From assembly GCA_964016885.1 (NCBI GenBank), contig OZ024741.1, positions 267,840,001 through 267,904,000 on the forward strand: DNA of 64,000 nucleotides. The letters are read 5' to 3'. This DNA comes from Eledone cirrhosa (Eukaryota). A model generated the notes under the pieces. The model did no database searches. It saw only the letters and a program-made list of their open reading frames with translations, and was not told the DNA's origin. The position numbers and the translations under genes are program-made. Shown one piece after another: positions 1-12,302 of the stretch (positions are counted from its first letter, which is position 1; every line of letters begins with the position of its first letter).

Positions 1-570
1 TAGATATATCACTTGGTGGTAGTTTGAGGGGCTGTGTGGTTTATAGATATATCACTTGGTGGTAGTTTGAGGGGCTGTGTGGGTTATAGATATATCACTT
101 GGTGGTAGTTTGAGGGGCTGTGTGGTTTATAGATATATCACTTGGTGGTAGTTTGAGGGGCTGTGTGGGTTATAGATATATCACTTGGTGGTGGTTTGGG
201 AAGTTGTGTGGGTTATAGATATATCACTTGGTGGTAGTTTGAGGGGCTGTGTGGGTTATAGATATATCACTTGGTGGTAGTTTGGGAAGTTGTGTGGGTT
301 ATAGATATATCACTTGGTGGTAGTTTGAGGGGCTATGTGGGTTATAGATATATCACTTGGTGGTGGTTTGAGGGGCTGTGTGGGTTATAGATATATCACT
401 TGGTGGTAGTTTGAGGGGCTGTGTGGGTTATAGATATATCACTTGGTGGTAGTTTGAGGGGTTGTGTGGGTTATAGATATATCACTTGGTGGTAGTTTGA
501 GGGGCTGTGTGGTTTATAGATATATCACTTAGTGGTAGTTTGAGGGGTTGGATGGGTTATAGATATATTA
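1..570. repeat. 43-bp tandem minisatellite, about 13 copies, runs off the window start
   Basis: Unit TAGATATATCACTTGGTGGTAGTTTGAGGGGCTGTGTGG(G/T)TTA repeated head-to-tail with few substitutions; no unique spacers. Confidence 0.97.
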
Positions 571-1899
571 CTTTTATCATTATCAATCTCTTTATTTGAA
601 ACATTTGCTACTAAATGTTTTTCAAAATAAGTATTCGGTGTCTACATTTTTTGTGGGGTTGAGGAAACTGATGTAAAATTCATGGTCTGATGGCATGAAC
701 AGTCCTAATGTGTTTATTTGTAATCAAATTCTTTTAGCTCACTCCATTCTGCACATTTAATGCAAAGACAATACAATTGTTTGCTGGAGGTTTTCTTTCT
801 ATGAAGTTTAATTTACACAATGCATGTAACAACTATGAAAACAGATGATATAATATGCCAATTCACTGGACTACCAAAGTGAAGTACTCAGTCATTTTTA
901 ATGGGACCAACCCTACTAATCCTTCAAACCAGCCAAATGCTGTTAATCTTAATATCTTACTTATTAAAGAAAATCTTGATAAATGTTGTTCAGTGTACCA
1001 AGTCAATGAGATACATGGATTTTTAAACATTTTTTAAGTGTATGATAAATTCCATCCTTTTTATTTAAGAAAATTGTCATTAAAAAAATTAGATATAAAT
1101 ATTAGTTGGTGTATAATAGAATCTACTTTATAAAAAATGAGTTGTTTTACTCAAACGATTTTGACAAATACTCGAAGAAACACATTTAAAGTTATTTGTC
1201 ATGAATCAGTTTATGTTGTAGTCCATTTTGATGTTTACATATCAATATGTGATGAATATCTAAAAATAAAGAAAAATAGGCTTGAAGAAACATAAACACC
1301 ACCCCTGTCCTAAAAACACATGCTTTTGAGAACGACGACGGTTGCAAAATATATAGTAACTTTAAGGAGAGCAATCCATAATTATATATATATATGCAGA
1401 TTAGTCTTTGACCTGTTTGTAGTTATTGTTGTTGTGGTATAAGTATGGCCATATGCATTTGGTCGCTTTTTCTTAACTCTGTGTTCACTCTGGACGAAAA
1501 TGTATTAACTTTCTACACCTTTGAGTGCTTTGTGACTGCCTCAAGCAATTTGATTGGTATCTGCTACATTGAAGCTACAACTTCGATTTATACCTATTAT
1601 ATATATATATATATATATATATAATAGGTGTGTGTGTGTATATCTATGTATATGAGTGTATCTACTATAATAAGTATCCATTAATACCTTCCTCTGTCCG
1701 TCCTCTCCAAAATCTGTGTATACAAGTTCAACTAATTAAACGATCTGTGGCATATTGTGACTTGCTCAAATCTGATGTCTGATGGTATAAAATATTCTGA
1801 ATACTTTTACACATCATTTGTCAGGCTGATTAAAACAACCTCTGCAAAGAATTCCGACAGCTAATTGCCTTTGATATACATGTTAATGGAAGACTGCTT

Positions 1900-2180
1900 G
1901 ATGGCACATGGTTAGGGAAGTTTGATTCACGACCATAGAGTTAGTTGTGAGTTCAATTTCTGATGGTGTGCTGTATCCTTGAGCAAGACAACATTTTATT
2001 TCATGTTGCTCTAGTCCACTCAGCTGGCAAAAATGTGTCATCCTGAATACTTCTGAGAATTACATTAATGGCATATGTGTCTGTGGAATGCTCAGTCACT
2101 TGTACATCAATTTCAAGAGCAAGCTGTTCTATTCATCAAACAACTTAAACACTCATTGTTGGAATCAGTAGAGGTGTAAC
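1900..2180 (+). mobile_element. Degenerate tRNA-derived SINE (family F)
   Basis: A-box-like TGGTTAG and B-box-like GAGTTCAATT, followed by TCCTTGAGCAAGACA..TTTATTTCATGTTGCTC..GTCCACTCAGCTGG, which is shared with the copies at 24.6, 35.5 and 61.1 kb. Confidence 0.7.
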
Positions 2181-2235
2181 AACAACAGAAAGCTTAACAA
2201 CACAGCTGTATCGTTCTTATTATTTTCCCTTCTAA

Positions 2236-2530
2236 GGGCAGTGGATTGGCAGTATTGGTAGAGTGTCGGACAAAATGCGTTGTGGCATTTAGTTATGATT
2301 TTCTATGATTTGAGTTTAAATTGCGTCATGGTTAACTTTACCTTTCACACTCCTGTGGTTGATGAAATATAGTACTAGTCAAGTATAGGGTTGGTTCTTC
2401 TAGTAAAGTAGTAAGATAAGTTCTTCCAATAACGTAGTGGGGTCAGTTCTTCAATAAATTACTAGGGTCGATATAATCAACTTTCCTCTTCCCCCAATTT
2501 GCTGGTTTTTTGCCAATGTTTGAAAGGATT
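2236..2530 (+). mobile_element. Degenerate SINE family A
   Basis: GTGGATTGGCAGTATTGGTAGAG head and TTAACTTTACCTTTCA..GATGAAATATAGTAC core match the younger copies at 8.4, 20.0 and 59.5 kb. Confidence 0.75.
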
Positions 2531-3177
2531 ATTTCCCCCTCTATTATATATCTATCAATCTATATCTTTCTATATATGTACATAATGCATATTTGGTAGT
2601 GTTAAATAGCAATTGAAAGAATTCTGTTGTTTTATCCATTGCCTTTGTCCTGTTCACTCCCTATTTTGAATTTCTATAGACTTAGTCATGTAGGCCTTTT
2701 TTTAAATCATGTATATAGTTACATATATAAATTGTATGTATATGTTATTATTAAATTATAATGAAGAATATGTATTATATACAGTTAATAATTTTAAATA
2801 CTGTTTGCTACATGTAGTTAACTATAAAAATGAATATTTATCACCTGGGTGCCTGCTACTATATACCATAACAATACATTATATACATATACAAATTGTC
2901 TTTAGTTGTGTGAGAAGTTTCTGTATTTGTTTGTATTGTGAATACTCACACAGACCTCCACCTGGACAGTGTGGGAGAATGCTCTGTGACATGCAGAACC
3001 CCAGGTGCATGTCACCTTATGGTTTTATTGGACAGAATAAAGAAGACATTACCCTGGAGTACAGCGATAGATATATATATATGTGTGTATGTGCGTATGT
3101 ATGTATATATAGTGTAGGTAGTACAATGAAATACTGGTGTTGCTACCAAATCAAGCACTCTATGCACAGGCAGAGTG

Positions 3178-3368
3178 TATATAATAGAAAAAACAAGGAA
3201 GTTTCGTTACATATGAAAAATATTTATTGCATATCGAGGAACAGATTGATAATGGAGTCAGGTCCATAACCCTTATGGGTCACCTTGAGCCAATCCTCTG
3301 CAAAACATGTGTAACAGGTCGATATGCAATAAATATTTTCATATGTAAACAAAACTTGTTTTTTCTAT

Positions 3369-3373
<5 letters not shown>
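3178..3373 (+). mobile_element. Short element with about 57-bp inverted ends; possible Penelope-like pLTR remnant
   Basis: 3178-3237 is the reverse complement of 3319-3373 apart from small indels; the spacer holds a degenerate hammerhead-like motif followed by AATAAA. Confidence 0.6.
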
Positions 3374-3399
<26 letters not shown>

Positions 3400-3957
3400 C
3401 TTTGAAATAGCCACTCCTGCAGGTGTCCAACTTTGTCCTAATAGCAGCAAATAGTGAGGTGGCTCAGGGTCTAAGAATATCAGAATACTCCATTATTCAA
3501 CAACAAACCCCTCAGAAAGTGAATAATACCTCACCAGCTTTTGATCTTCAGTTTGCCAGGCAAAGAAAACTGGGTCTGTCACTGAACAGAGCAGGTAGCA
3601 CTGGAGAAAGTCTCAATTTGCCATCTTTTTGCATTTTCTGATTTTTTTTTTCTTCTTCCTTTGTTTAAATTTGTGAGGGCAATTGCTCCCCTCTTCCTCC
3701 CTAGCTTGTATGACCATAACCTTATCAATCCATCTATCCATATACTGTTGAGAATTGATTTTATATGCAAGTACTCTTTTGTTGTTGATTGACATTGTTA
3801 TTTATCACTGGTGTGAATGAGCCACTGTTTGTATATCAAGTTATATAGGAATAAACACCTGATGCTTAACAAATGCCTTATGAGTCAAATATCTGTAATG
3901 CAAATGTGTGCAAGTGAAGAAATAACTTTCTAAATTACATCTGCTCATTATTACATG

Positions 3958-4580
3958 TCATCATCATCATCTTCGTTTAACGTCCATCTTCCATTCTAGC
4001 ATGGGTTAGATGGGAGTTGTCCCACTTGAGGCAAGGTTGGTCGGGTGACCGTGTCTCGCTCATATAGGCCTATCTGGCAGGTTTTCTATGGTTGGATGCT
4101 CTTCCTAACACCAACCACATTTACAGTGTGGACTGGGAGTCTTTTTACCGTGTTACCTACATGGCCACATTACAGCGTGGACTGTGTGTTTTTTTGTCGT
4201 GACACCTACACGATCTCGATCTCATTTATTTGGACTGGATATTGTGGTACCAACTTTACAGAGAGAGGGTTGTATTCGTGGGAGTGGGAGGATAGGGTAG
4301 GGGTAGTGGATTGGGGTGTATATTTGGTTAAGAGGTGCCTACTGACTGTAGGTTTCGCTTTGTACATAGGCAAGGCGGGTCTTCTGTATTACTGTGTAGC
4401 ACCAAAGATCTCATTCCAGTGACATTGTCTTATAGAGGTGCAAGTGTGTAAGGTCGGAATTTATCAGATCGTCCCAGGTTTTTCTGAGTCTACCTACTCT
4501 GTAACTACCATCAATTTTGATCGCCCTGCACTTTTTTATACAGCTGTCGTCTTTCATGCGCATCACGTGACCATACCAAT
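3958..4580 (-). mobile_element. 5'-truncated RTE-type LINE 3' end (ORF2 tail, 3' UTR, (GAT)n tail)
   Basis: Minus strand encodes WYGHVMRMKDD, as in the 11.4-12.3 kb copy; shared UTR GGTTGGTGTTAGGAAG and tail TAACCCATGCTAG..GGACGTTAAACG(ATG)n. Confidence 0.85.
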
Positions 4581-4599
4581 GTATACATATATATCTATC

Positions 4600-4880
4600 T
4601 ATCTGGTAAATTGGCAGTTATTACAACATAGGACAGAATAATTTGCTCTATTTGTTCCAGCTCTTGGCACTCTGATTTCAACTTTGCCAATTAAAAAAAG
4701 TATCAGTCTAGTACTGGAGTAAATTCTTCCTCTATATCTCTTGCTCATTTCTTCTCTCTCACTCTTTATCCTTCTCTGGAAGAAATTAGCTGTGTTCCAG
4801 CCTGGAGAGATGTGTTCTGCCAGGTTTAAAGTACTGTATGTCATAATGGTGCCTCAATAACTCCATTAGGAGTTATAGAT
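4600..4880 (+). mobile_element. Composite SINE: family A head/core plus a distinct 3' module
   Basis: Family-A core up to CAGTCTAGTACTGGAGT, then TCCTTCTCTGGAAGAAA..CCTGGAGAG..ATGGTGCC..AACTCC-N4-GGAGTTAT; the same order occurs at 52130-52435. Confidence 0.6.
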
Positions 4881-5123
4881 CCATCCATGCATGCATGCAT
4901 CCATACATACATGCATTCATCCGTCTAACCCATGCTAGCATGGGAAGTGGACGTTAAATGATGAGGATACATACATACAACTTTTATGACATCTTAGTTT
5001 TAATTTTGTAAATTTTGTCATTTAATTTTTAATATATCAGGGTTTATTTTTTAAATATAACTCCAAATATTTTGTGGTTTAGCTGTGATCAAGTAAACTT
5101 ATAATCAAGGGCATTTTAACAAA

Positions 5124-5706
5124 TTGAAAACCCTGTCCCATTTCAAGCATAATGTGTCTAGGATGTCTGGAACCCCTATCTTGCTCAGAACATTGACTGC
5201 CTGGAAACTGTTCAGAGACGTGAAACCAAGCGAATACTCTCCATCAGGCATCTACCATACTCTGAATGCCTTGTTTGGGCATGGATACATTGAAGCTCCA
5301 ACGTCTGGCAACTGACTTGGTAAACACCCACAAAATTACTAACCATCTTGCCAACAACAACCCTGAGTATCTTTTTGATTTCCATGTGTCTAACACACGT
5401 GGGCTTGCCCACAAAGTCAAAAAACAGCACAGTTCCCATGACTTTCGGAAACATTTTTTCACGCTCAGAGTTGCTGAAGCATGGAACAAACTACCTGCAT
5501 CAGTTATTAGCTGTCGAGACACTGCATCCTTTAAAACCTCCATGCTTCCTGAGATTCACCAACACAACACCTAATATTCCCCCTCCATACACTATTCATT
5601 TCCCTGACATTTTTATATTATTCTATATACTATACATGCACCTTTGACGAGTTGTAGTGCACCTGAGCATTGTACACAATAATTTCATTATTATTATTAT
5701 TATTAT
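5124..5706 (+). mobile_element. CR1-like LINE 3' fragment (ORF2 C-terminus, 3' UTR, (ATT)n tail)
   Basis: ORF 5266-5574 (..TRGLAHKVKK..RKHFFTLRVAEAWNKLPASVI..SFK) is the typical CR1/L2-group ORF2 C-terminus; ends in (ATT)n. Confidence 0.85.
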
Positions 5707-6147
5707 TTAATATGCCCTTTTTTAAAAAATAAATGACAGTAAAGGTGAGATTTGGCTGCTCTTTCTAACAGATTGAGTGACTGCATAGAAACTCCTTTGT
5801 TGGCTTGAAAATTGTTTTATCGGGGGGGTTTTTGGGGGGGGGGGATTTGTTTTGTTTTATGCAGAAGAGTTGGAAATTCTTTTCAAATATAAAATATTGA
5901 TTTCCAATGCCAACTTTTGTAGAGGAAAGAATAGCTGAGTAAATCCAACCAGTTTATTACTCATACTTATTTATTTTGCTCTCATAAAATGCATAGATGA
6001 CCACAACTGCATTTGAAATCAAGACATATAAAACTCTAAATAATTTAAGGCAGTTTAGTCTGGCACTTTTACCAATTATTCCAAACTTGCTGCCATTAAG
6101 AATATAAAATTATTAATTATATAGTCTGCTCTTATTATTTTGTTTTT

Positions 6148-6345
6148 TAGCCCCCTGTCAATCCTGATTAAGCAGACCCATGATCGACATTCCAGCTATG
6201 ACCATTCTGTCTGTTTAGGGTTATCTGTGACTATAATCAAAGTGTCTCTTTTTTTTTATTTTTAGACGAAGTGTGTAGTTAGGGATTTGAAAGAGATTTA
6301 GCTGCTATTTCTAGCAGATAGGACAACACATGGTGGCTTCCTCAT
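6148..6345 (+). repeat. Dispersed repeat family D (unclassified)
   Basis: CCTGATTAAGCAGACCCATGATC..CATTCCAGCTATGACCAT..GAGATTTAGCTGCTATTTCTAGCAG; related pieces at about 5.1/5.75, 7.3, 22.6, 52.7, 56.3-56.5 and 58.4 kb, and on the minus strand at 31.6 and 59.2 kb. Confidence 0.65.
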
Positions 6346-6812
6346 ATACTCATATTTCTTTTGTTTAATGGTCAAGTGCTGGTTGTCTTATTTCCTTGTC
6401 TATGTATTTTTTCTTTTTGATATTTTTGGTAGCTTTCTTATTAAGGTTCTAACAATAGCCACAGCAAAACCTAGAGCATGTGTGTACATGTCTGTCTCAG
6501 CCTGCTTCTCTTATAAGCTGACCTTCAAGCATTTAACCTAAACTCATCTTACACCCTCTAGCAACAGATTGTCACAATGTTAAATTATCATGGGTGCATA
6601 CATTTTTATTATTATTATTTATCTGCAATATTTGAATGTTAAAACCTGCACCAAATTAAGTTTACTTGTTTCTTAATTTTGGTGTTTTTGAATTGGAAAA
6701 TATTTCTAGAAATATAAAAATTAAAATTCAATATTCAGAGAAAGTATCCCACAGTCAATCCATGTAGAATTTTGTTACGCTATTATTTGTTCATTCACTT
6801 TTAATATATATA

Positions 6813-6890
6813 CAGGGTGTCCTCCAAAAAATGTATACATATTTTTATTAGAATGCTGTCGATGTGTGTATACATTTTTGGGACACCCTG
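6813..6890. mobile_element. 78-bp Tc1/mariner-type MITE
   Basis: TIRs CAGGGTGTCC(T)CCAAAAAATGTATACA / TGTATACATTTTTGGGACACCCTG, flanked by TA on both sides. Confidence 0.85.
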
Positions 6891-8348
6891 TATATATATA
6901 ACCATTTCAATATCAGCATTAAAAAAATTCTTATTTTTATTGTTTAACCCCAGGCTAGTTCTAGTTCTAATTGATTAGAGCAATTCAACCATAGATGTTC
7001 CATTTCTTTCTTCTTTTTTTTTTTTTTGAAATATGCAATTAAGGTCGTTAATTGCCTAAACCTGTTGAGCAAAGCAAAGCTATCCACAACCTCAAGTAAA
7101 CACAGTCTATAAATCCACATACAACCTCCTTTACCAGATCCAAACTGTATAAGGAAAAGTAAAATCCCATATGACTTTCTAAACCATGTTCCAACCCTCC
7201 CCGTAAAATAACCACCTCCCTGCAACAATTATTGGTATGGGGACAATGGACCACATTAGTCAATGTATCCTTTTTTTTTCAAAGCAGTAGAGCTGCTTGT
7301 TATTTGAAAGATTATTTAGCTGCTATTTCTAGCTGATTAAATAGCTATATAGAGGTTTCCCTGTTGACTTAAAGGAAATAGAAAGATTATTGTGTGCAGA
7401 AATATAATACTAACATAATGTACGTCCATAGTAAGCTCTTGTTTAAAGCCTTTACCAGCTGCTTTTCTTTCAAGTGTGTAACAGGTTGCTGTGGGACAAC
7501 ACTAACTTAGTTGTCTCCCACTCTTTGTCATTGCTGATGATATCATATCCTTATAGCTAGCGGATAATCAGTTATAGATTTTTCAGTCTCATTCTTTTGA
7601 ACAGATTTTGTGACATTAAACTGTAATATTTCAAATTGATATTTTTCGAGAGCTAATTTTTTTATCCCAGTACATTTTTTGTGATATCTTAATATTCCAA
7701 TTTTTTTTTAAATTTGTCTTCCTGTCGCTTTTATTACTGTCAAATCCATATTTGAAATCGTCATCATCATTTTATGTCCGCTTTTCCCTGCTTGCAAGGG
7801 TGGGACAAATGATAAATGTAATCCATAATTTGTATTCAAATTATTAGCTAATCTGTTGCTAGGATATTTTTTGTTCAATATTTGTTTCCTTGTTTAGATT
7901 GTGTTCTAAATACACACACACAGTCAACTATAACTATATCTGTCTTTGAAATTTAAAAGGTAAAATTTCTTACATCCAGTCAACACCTGACACAGTTAGA
8001 TAAAATCTAAGGCCTACTTTAGTCAGGCTGCTTGTATATCTACACCTGGAAAGTTCCTCTCCAAGGTGTAGACCTAGGCAAGGTTTTTTTGTTTTGTTTT
8101 TAGTGGAAGACCAGCTGTTACTCATGCAGTAAGTCTCCCCCCTCCTCTCTTGCTCCCCTCATCTCTCCTCTTCTCCCTCCTTTTCTTTCCCTCTCTTCTT
8201 TCTTCCTCTTCTCTCTCCTCCTTTTCTCTCCCTTCTCCCTACCCACATAAAGAAATAAACAAAACAGGACCCTTTTTGTTCTCTAATCTCTTCTCCCTCT
8301 CATCTCCAGAAGAATGAAAAGCAAAATTGACTTCTGTGATTTCAATAA

Positions 8349-8770
8349 ACCCTTTAGCATTCACATTACTTTATAAATACTATTATATTTTCATGGTGGA
8401 TTGGCAGTATTGGTAGAGGGTTGGATGCCATGCTTTGACGCATAGTTACGGCCCTTGCCATTCTGAGTTCAAATCCCGCCGAGGTTAACTTTGCCTTTCA
8501 TCCTTACGGGGTCGATAAAATAAAGTACCAGTAATGTACTGGGTAATTACTGGCCTTGTGCCAAAAGTAGAAACAATTATATTTTCATGGTAAATGCTTT
8601 ACCTCACATAATTATCTCACATAATAATATCGAATCTATGAGATTTTGAAAGTATCTACTTTGAGAACAATACCTTAACATCAGTTTGAGTGACCAGTTA
8701 CAGCCAGTTTCAACAGAAAGAGGTAGAGAAATCTGGCCGGTTTGGGCCGGTTTGAACATTAAAGGGTTAA
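8349..8770. mobile_element. piggyBac-like MITE interrupted by a SINE
   Basis: Ends (T)AAACCCTTTAGCATTCA ... TGAACATTAAAGGGTTAA give CCCTTT/AAAGGG termini with a TTAA-like target site. Confidence 0.6.
8393..8580 (+). mobile_element. Young SINE family A with 16-bp TSD
   Basis: Head TGGCAGTATTGGTAGAG and GAGTTCAAATCCCGCC, core GCCTTTCATCCTTACGGGGTCGATAAAATAAAGTACC; ATTATATTTTCATGGT duplicated at 8382-8397 and 8576-8591. Confidence 0.9.
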
Positions 8771-9009
8771 ACAGAAAAATAAAGTTAGAATTAAGAAAAG
8801 ACTATATATTTTCAACCATTCAACAGATTGGCAGAGGTATACAGTCTTGATGAAGTGTAATGACCCAGAAACATGTTGATTGTTCCTCAAAGCCAATGTT
8901 GAACAAATAAGTGACGATCAGGCTGTTTGTTTACAAATGAATCGAACATTATTATTAATGTTCGAAATAATCCATATGTACATATGTAAATGTATATATG
9001 TGTGTGTGT

Positions 9010-9047
<38 letters not shown>

Positions 9048-9051
<4 letters not shown>

Positions 9052-11365
9052 TCATCATCATCATCATTTTACGTCCGCTTTTCCCTGCTTGCAAGGGTGG
9101 GACGGGTCTTATTCAGCACAGCATCTCTCCACTCGTCACGGTCCTTCGTCATCTCCACTGTGAGCTTGAATGATCTGAGGTCTGTTCTCACCACCTCCGC
9201 CCATGTTTTTCGTGGTCTACCTCTACCACATCTTCCTTCAAGTGGCATTTCCTGGCACTTCTTCACCCATCGGTCATCCTCCATGCGCATCACATGTCCA
9301 TACCACCTCAGTCTCCTCTCCCGTACACTACATTCTATCCCTCTCAGACACAGTTTCTCTCTCAACACATTTATGCTGGGTCGTTCACGCACATTTACAC
9401 TGCACATCCAACGGAGCATGCTTGCCTCATTTCTCTCCAGCTGTCGCATATCCTCTGCAGTTGCTGCCCATGTCTCACTACCATGCAGCATCGCGTTCCT
9501 CACACAGGAATCATAAAACCGGCCTTTCATACGCAGGGAGAAACCCTTCTTCGTCAACAGAGGAAGCAGCTCCCTAAACTTCTTCCAACCCGTCCTTATT
9601 CTAGATACTATGGCCTCGGAACACCCTCCTCCCATGCTAATCTGATCTCCTAGGTACCGGAAGCTATCCACCACTTCTATAGAGCCCTCCTACATTTGAA
9701 AAATGTGTCTATCAATGCGACTTCTACTGTCTAATTTCCCTATACATCTACTGCATACATATTTCTCCCTACCTGTTAGTTTGCCTGCTATCCCGCTACA
9801 TCTCTTGTGTACCCAGGATCTGCATTGTGTGCATTTTATAGAATTTATGCCAGTTCCTTTTCTGCATATCGAACATGGCCATTTCCCTGACGGAATCAGG
9901 GTTTTGTCCTCTTTTCTACTCATCAACACTTTTGTCTTAGCTAGGTTCACCCTCAGTCCTCTTGCTTCCAACTGCTGTTTCCATAGCCAGAATTTATTCT
10001 CTAGCTCCTCTACTGATTCTGTTATAAGAACCAGATCGTCAGCATAGAGAAGTTCCCATGGACAGCCAGTCTTAAACTCCTCTGTTATGGCTTGAAGGAC
10101 TATAATGAACAAGAGCGAGGTGAGGACCGAACCCTGATGTACTCCTACTTGTATCTGGAATTCCTCACTAAACTCCATTCCTACCCTGACTTTACTGAGA
10201 GTACCTCTGTACAAAGTTTGCACTCTCCTCACAAGCCATTCCTCAACACCTAGCTTCCTTAGGGACCACCAGATGACAGATCGGGGTGCCCTATCAAAGG
10301 CCTTCTCTAGGTCACCAAAGGCTAAGTATAGTGGCTTATTCTTCTCTAAGAACCCCTCTTGCAATTGTCTCACCAAGAAGAGGGCATCTGTTGTATTCTT
10401 CCCAGGCACAAAACCAAACTGCATCTCATCTAGTTTGACTCTTTCTCTAATTAGTTGTGCTAAAATCCTTTCTGCCACTTTCATAACCTGATCTATCAGT
10501 TTTATACCCCTATAATTCTCCTCTCCAGAGCATCCCCTTTACCTTTGTAGCAATTTATGAGAATACTGCTGCACCAGTTTTTGGGTATGACACCGCCATA
10601 TATAGCCTGATTGATGATGCGTGCAACCAGTTTAGTGCCTACGTCCCCTGATGCCTTCAACATCTCAGCAACTATTCCCGATGGTCCGGCAGCTTTACCA
10701 TTTTTCATTTCCCTAATTGCCTCTTGGACCCTATATTCGTCAATCTCAATAGCTGGTCCCTCTGTCTGATCTTCCAAGGGTAATTTCTCTCTCTCCCATT
10801 TGTTCTCCTCATTCATCAGTCTCTCATAATGACATTTCCAGGCCTCCTTTTTCAGATCATTCGTGACACTAAGTACACCGGCATCATCCCAGACACATTT
10901 ATCTCCAACAACATCCTGATTTGCATTGACACACTGCCTTGCAATGTGGAACACTGCACACCTCTGATCTTCCCGTCGCAGAACATTGGCAAACCTCCTA
11001 CTCTCTGCCTCCCTGCGTGCTAAGTACACCTGACGTCTAGCTTCTCTCTTAGTGGCTGTATATTCTTCCCTACTCCCACCCTTTTTCCAAGCCTTCCATG
11101 CTAGTCTTTTGTCTCTAATAGCCTTATCTACTGTGCTGTTCCACCACCAGGTCACTCTCTGTCTGGTTGGAGCTCTGCTCCAGCCACAAGTTTCATCAGT
11201 AGCCTGCAGCAAGTTGTCACGTATGAAATTCCAGTTATCATCTATGTCATACGTCTCTAAATCGTCTTCTTTTTCGTCATATACATCTTGAAGGGCTTTC
11301 CTAAATTTGTATTTTAGTGAAAGGTCTTTTAGCTTCCAGACCTTTCTTCTCCACACCTTTCTCTG
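9048..11365 (-). mobile_element. 5'-truncated RTE-clade LINE, frameshifted ORF2 (RT, PHD-like finger, C-terminus), short 3' UTR and (GAT)n tail
   Basis: ORF pieces 10502-11395, 9690-10484 and 9069-9674 carry KAAGPSG, QFGFVPG, DLEKAFD, GVHQGS, LLYADD, FRYLG, RRLRWYGHVMR and GRPRKTW. Confidence 0.95.
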
Positions 11366-11371
11366 CAAACA

Positions 11372-12302
11372 GCCACAGGAAACAAGTACCACCAATCTCT
11401 AGGAGGGCTCTGTAGAGACAGTAGACAGCTTCTGCTACCTAGGTGACCGAATTAGCAGCGGAGGTGGGTGTTCAGAAAGTACAATAACTAGGGTAAGAAC
11501 GGGATGGAAGAAGTTCAGGGAACTACTGCCACTGCTAGCTGCAAAAGGCTTCTCCCTCAAAATGAAAGGCAGACTGTATGATGCGTGTATCCGAACAGCA
11601 ATGTTACATGGTAGTGAGACCTGAGCGCTGAAGGTGGAAGACTTACGTAGATTAGAGAGAAACAAAGCCTGCATGCTCCGATGGATGTGTAATAGTAATA
11701 TACACAAACGGCAAAGCATAAATGAATTGAGAGAGAGACTTAGCATAAGAGGAATCAAATGCTGTGTGCAGGAGAGGCGGTTGCGTTGGTATGGACATGT
11801 GATGCGTATGAAGGATGACAGCTGCATAAAAAGGTGCAGAGCACTAGAAGTCGATGGGGAGACCCAAGATGACCTGGGATGAGATAATAAAAGCCGACCT
11901 TACCCAATTACACCTCTCAAAGGCGATGACACACGACCGTGACCTCTGGCGTCACGCAGTAATACAGAGTACCCGACATCCCATGGGTACAAGCTGAAGC
12001 ATATAGACAATATGCCCCACACCCTCCCACTGCAAGATGGTCGTGGAGGTGCCACGGCAAAAAAGCACCCATCCCACACTATAAAGTAGACGTGTAGGTG
12101 CCACGAAAAAGCACCCAGCACTCACTGTAAATGAGGTTGGTGTTAGGAAGGGCATCCAGCTGTAGAAATCAAGCCAAATCAGTTCCTGTATGAGCAAGGC
12201 ATGGTCAGCCGACCAGACACTGCCCACAACAGGACAACCCGTCTAACCCATGCTAGCGTGGAAGAACGGACGTAAAACGGTGATGATGATGATGATGATG
12301 AT
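11372..12302 (+). mobile_element. Second RTE-clade LINE 3' fragment with long 3' UTR and (GAT)n tail
   Basis: VDSFCYLGDRISSGGGCSE..GWKKFRELLPLL..RRLRWYGHVMRMKDD with an in-frame TGA near 11622; UTR shared with the 19.0, 4.0 and 37.2 kb copies. Confidence 0.92.

Noticed and set aside
1-570. Regular 43-bp array as a possible CRISPR
   Set aside because: Units abut with no unique spacers, there are no cas genes, and the context is eukaryotic.
1280-1370. Possible further hammerhead (TTGAAGA..CAAAATATATAGTA)
   Set aside because: Core residues are altered and no stems I or II could be paired.
8393-8480. SINE heads as functional tRNA genes
   Set aside because: They have A/B boxes but continue into shared SINE bodies with TSDs and lack an acceptor stem.
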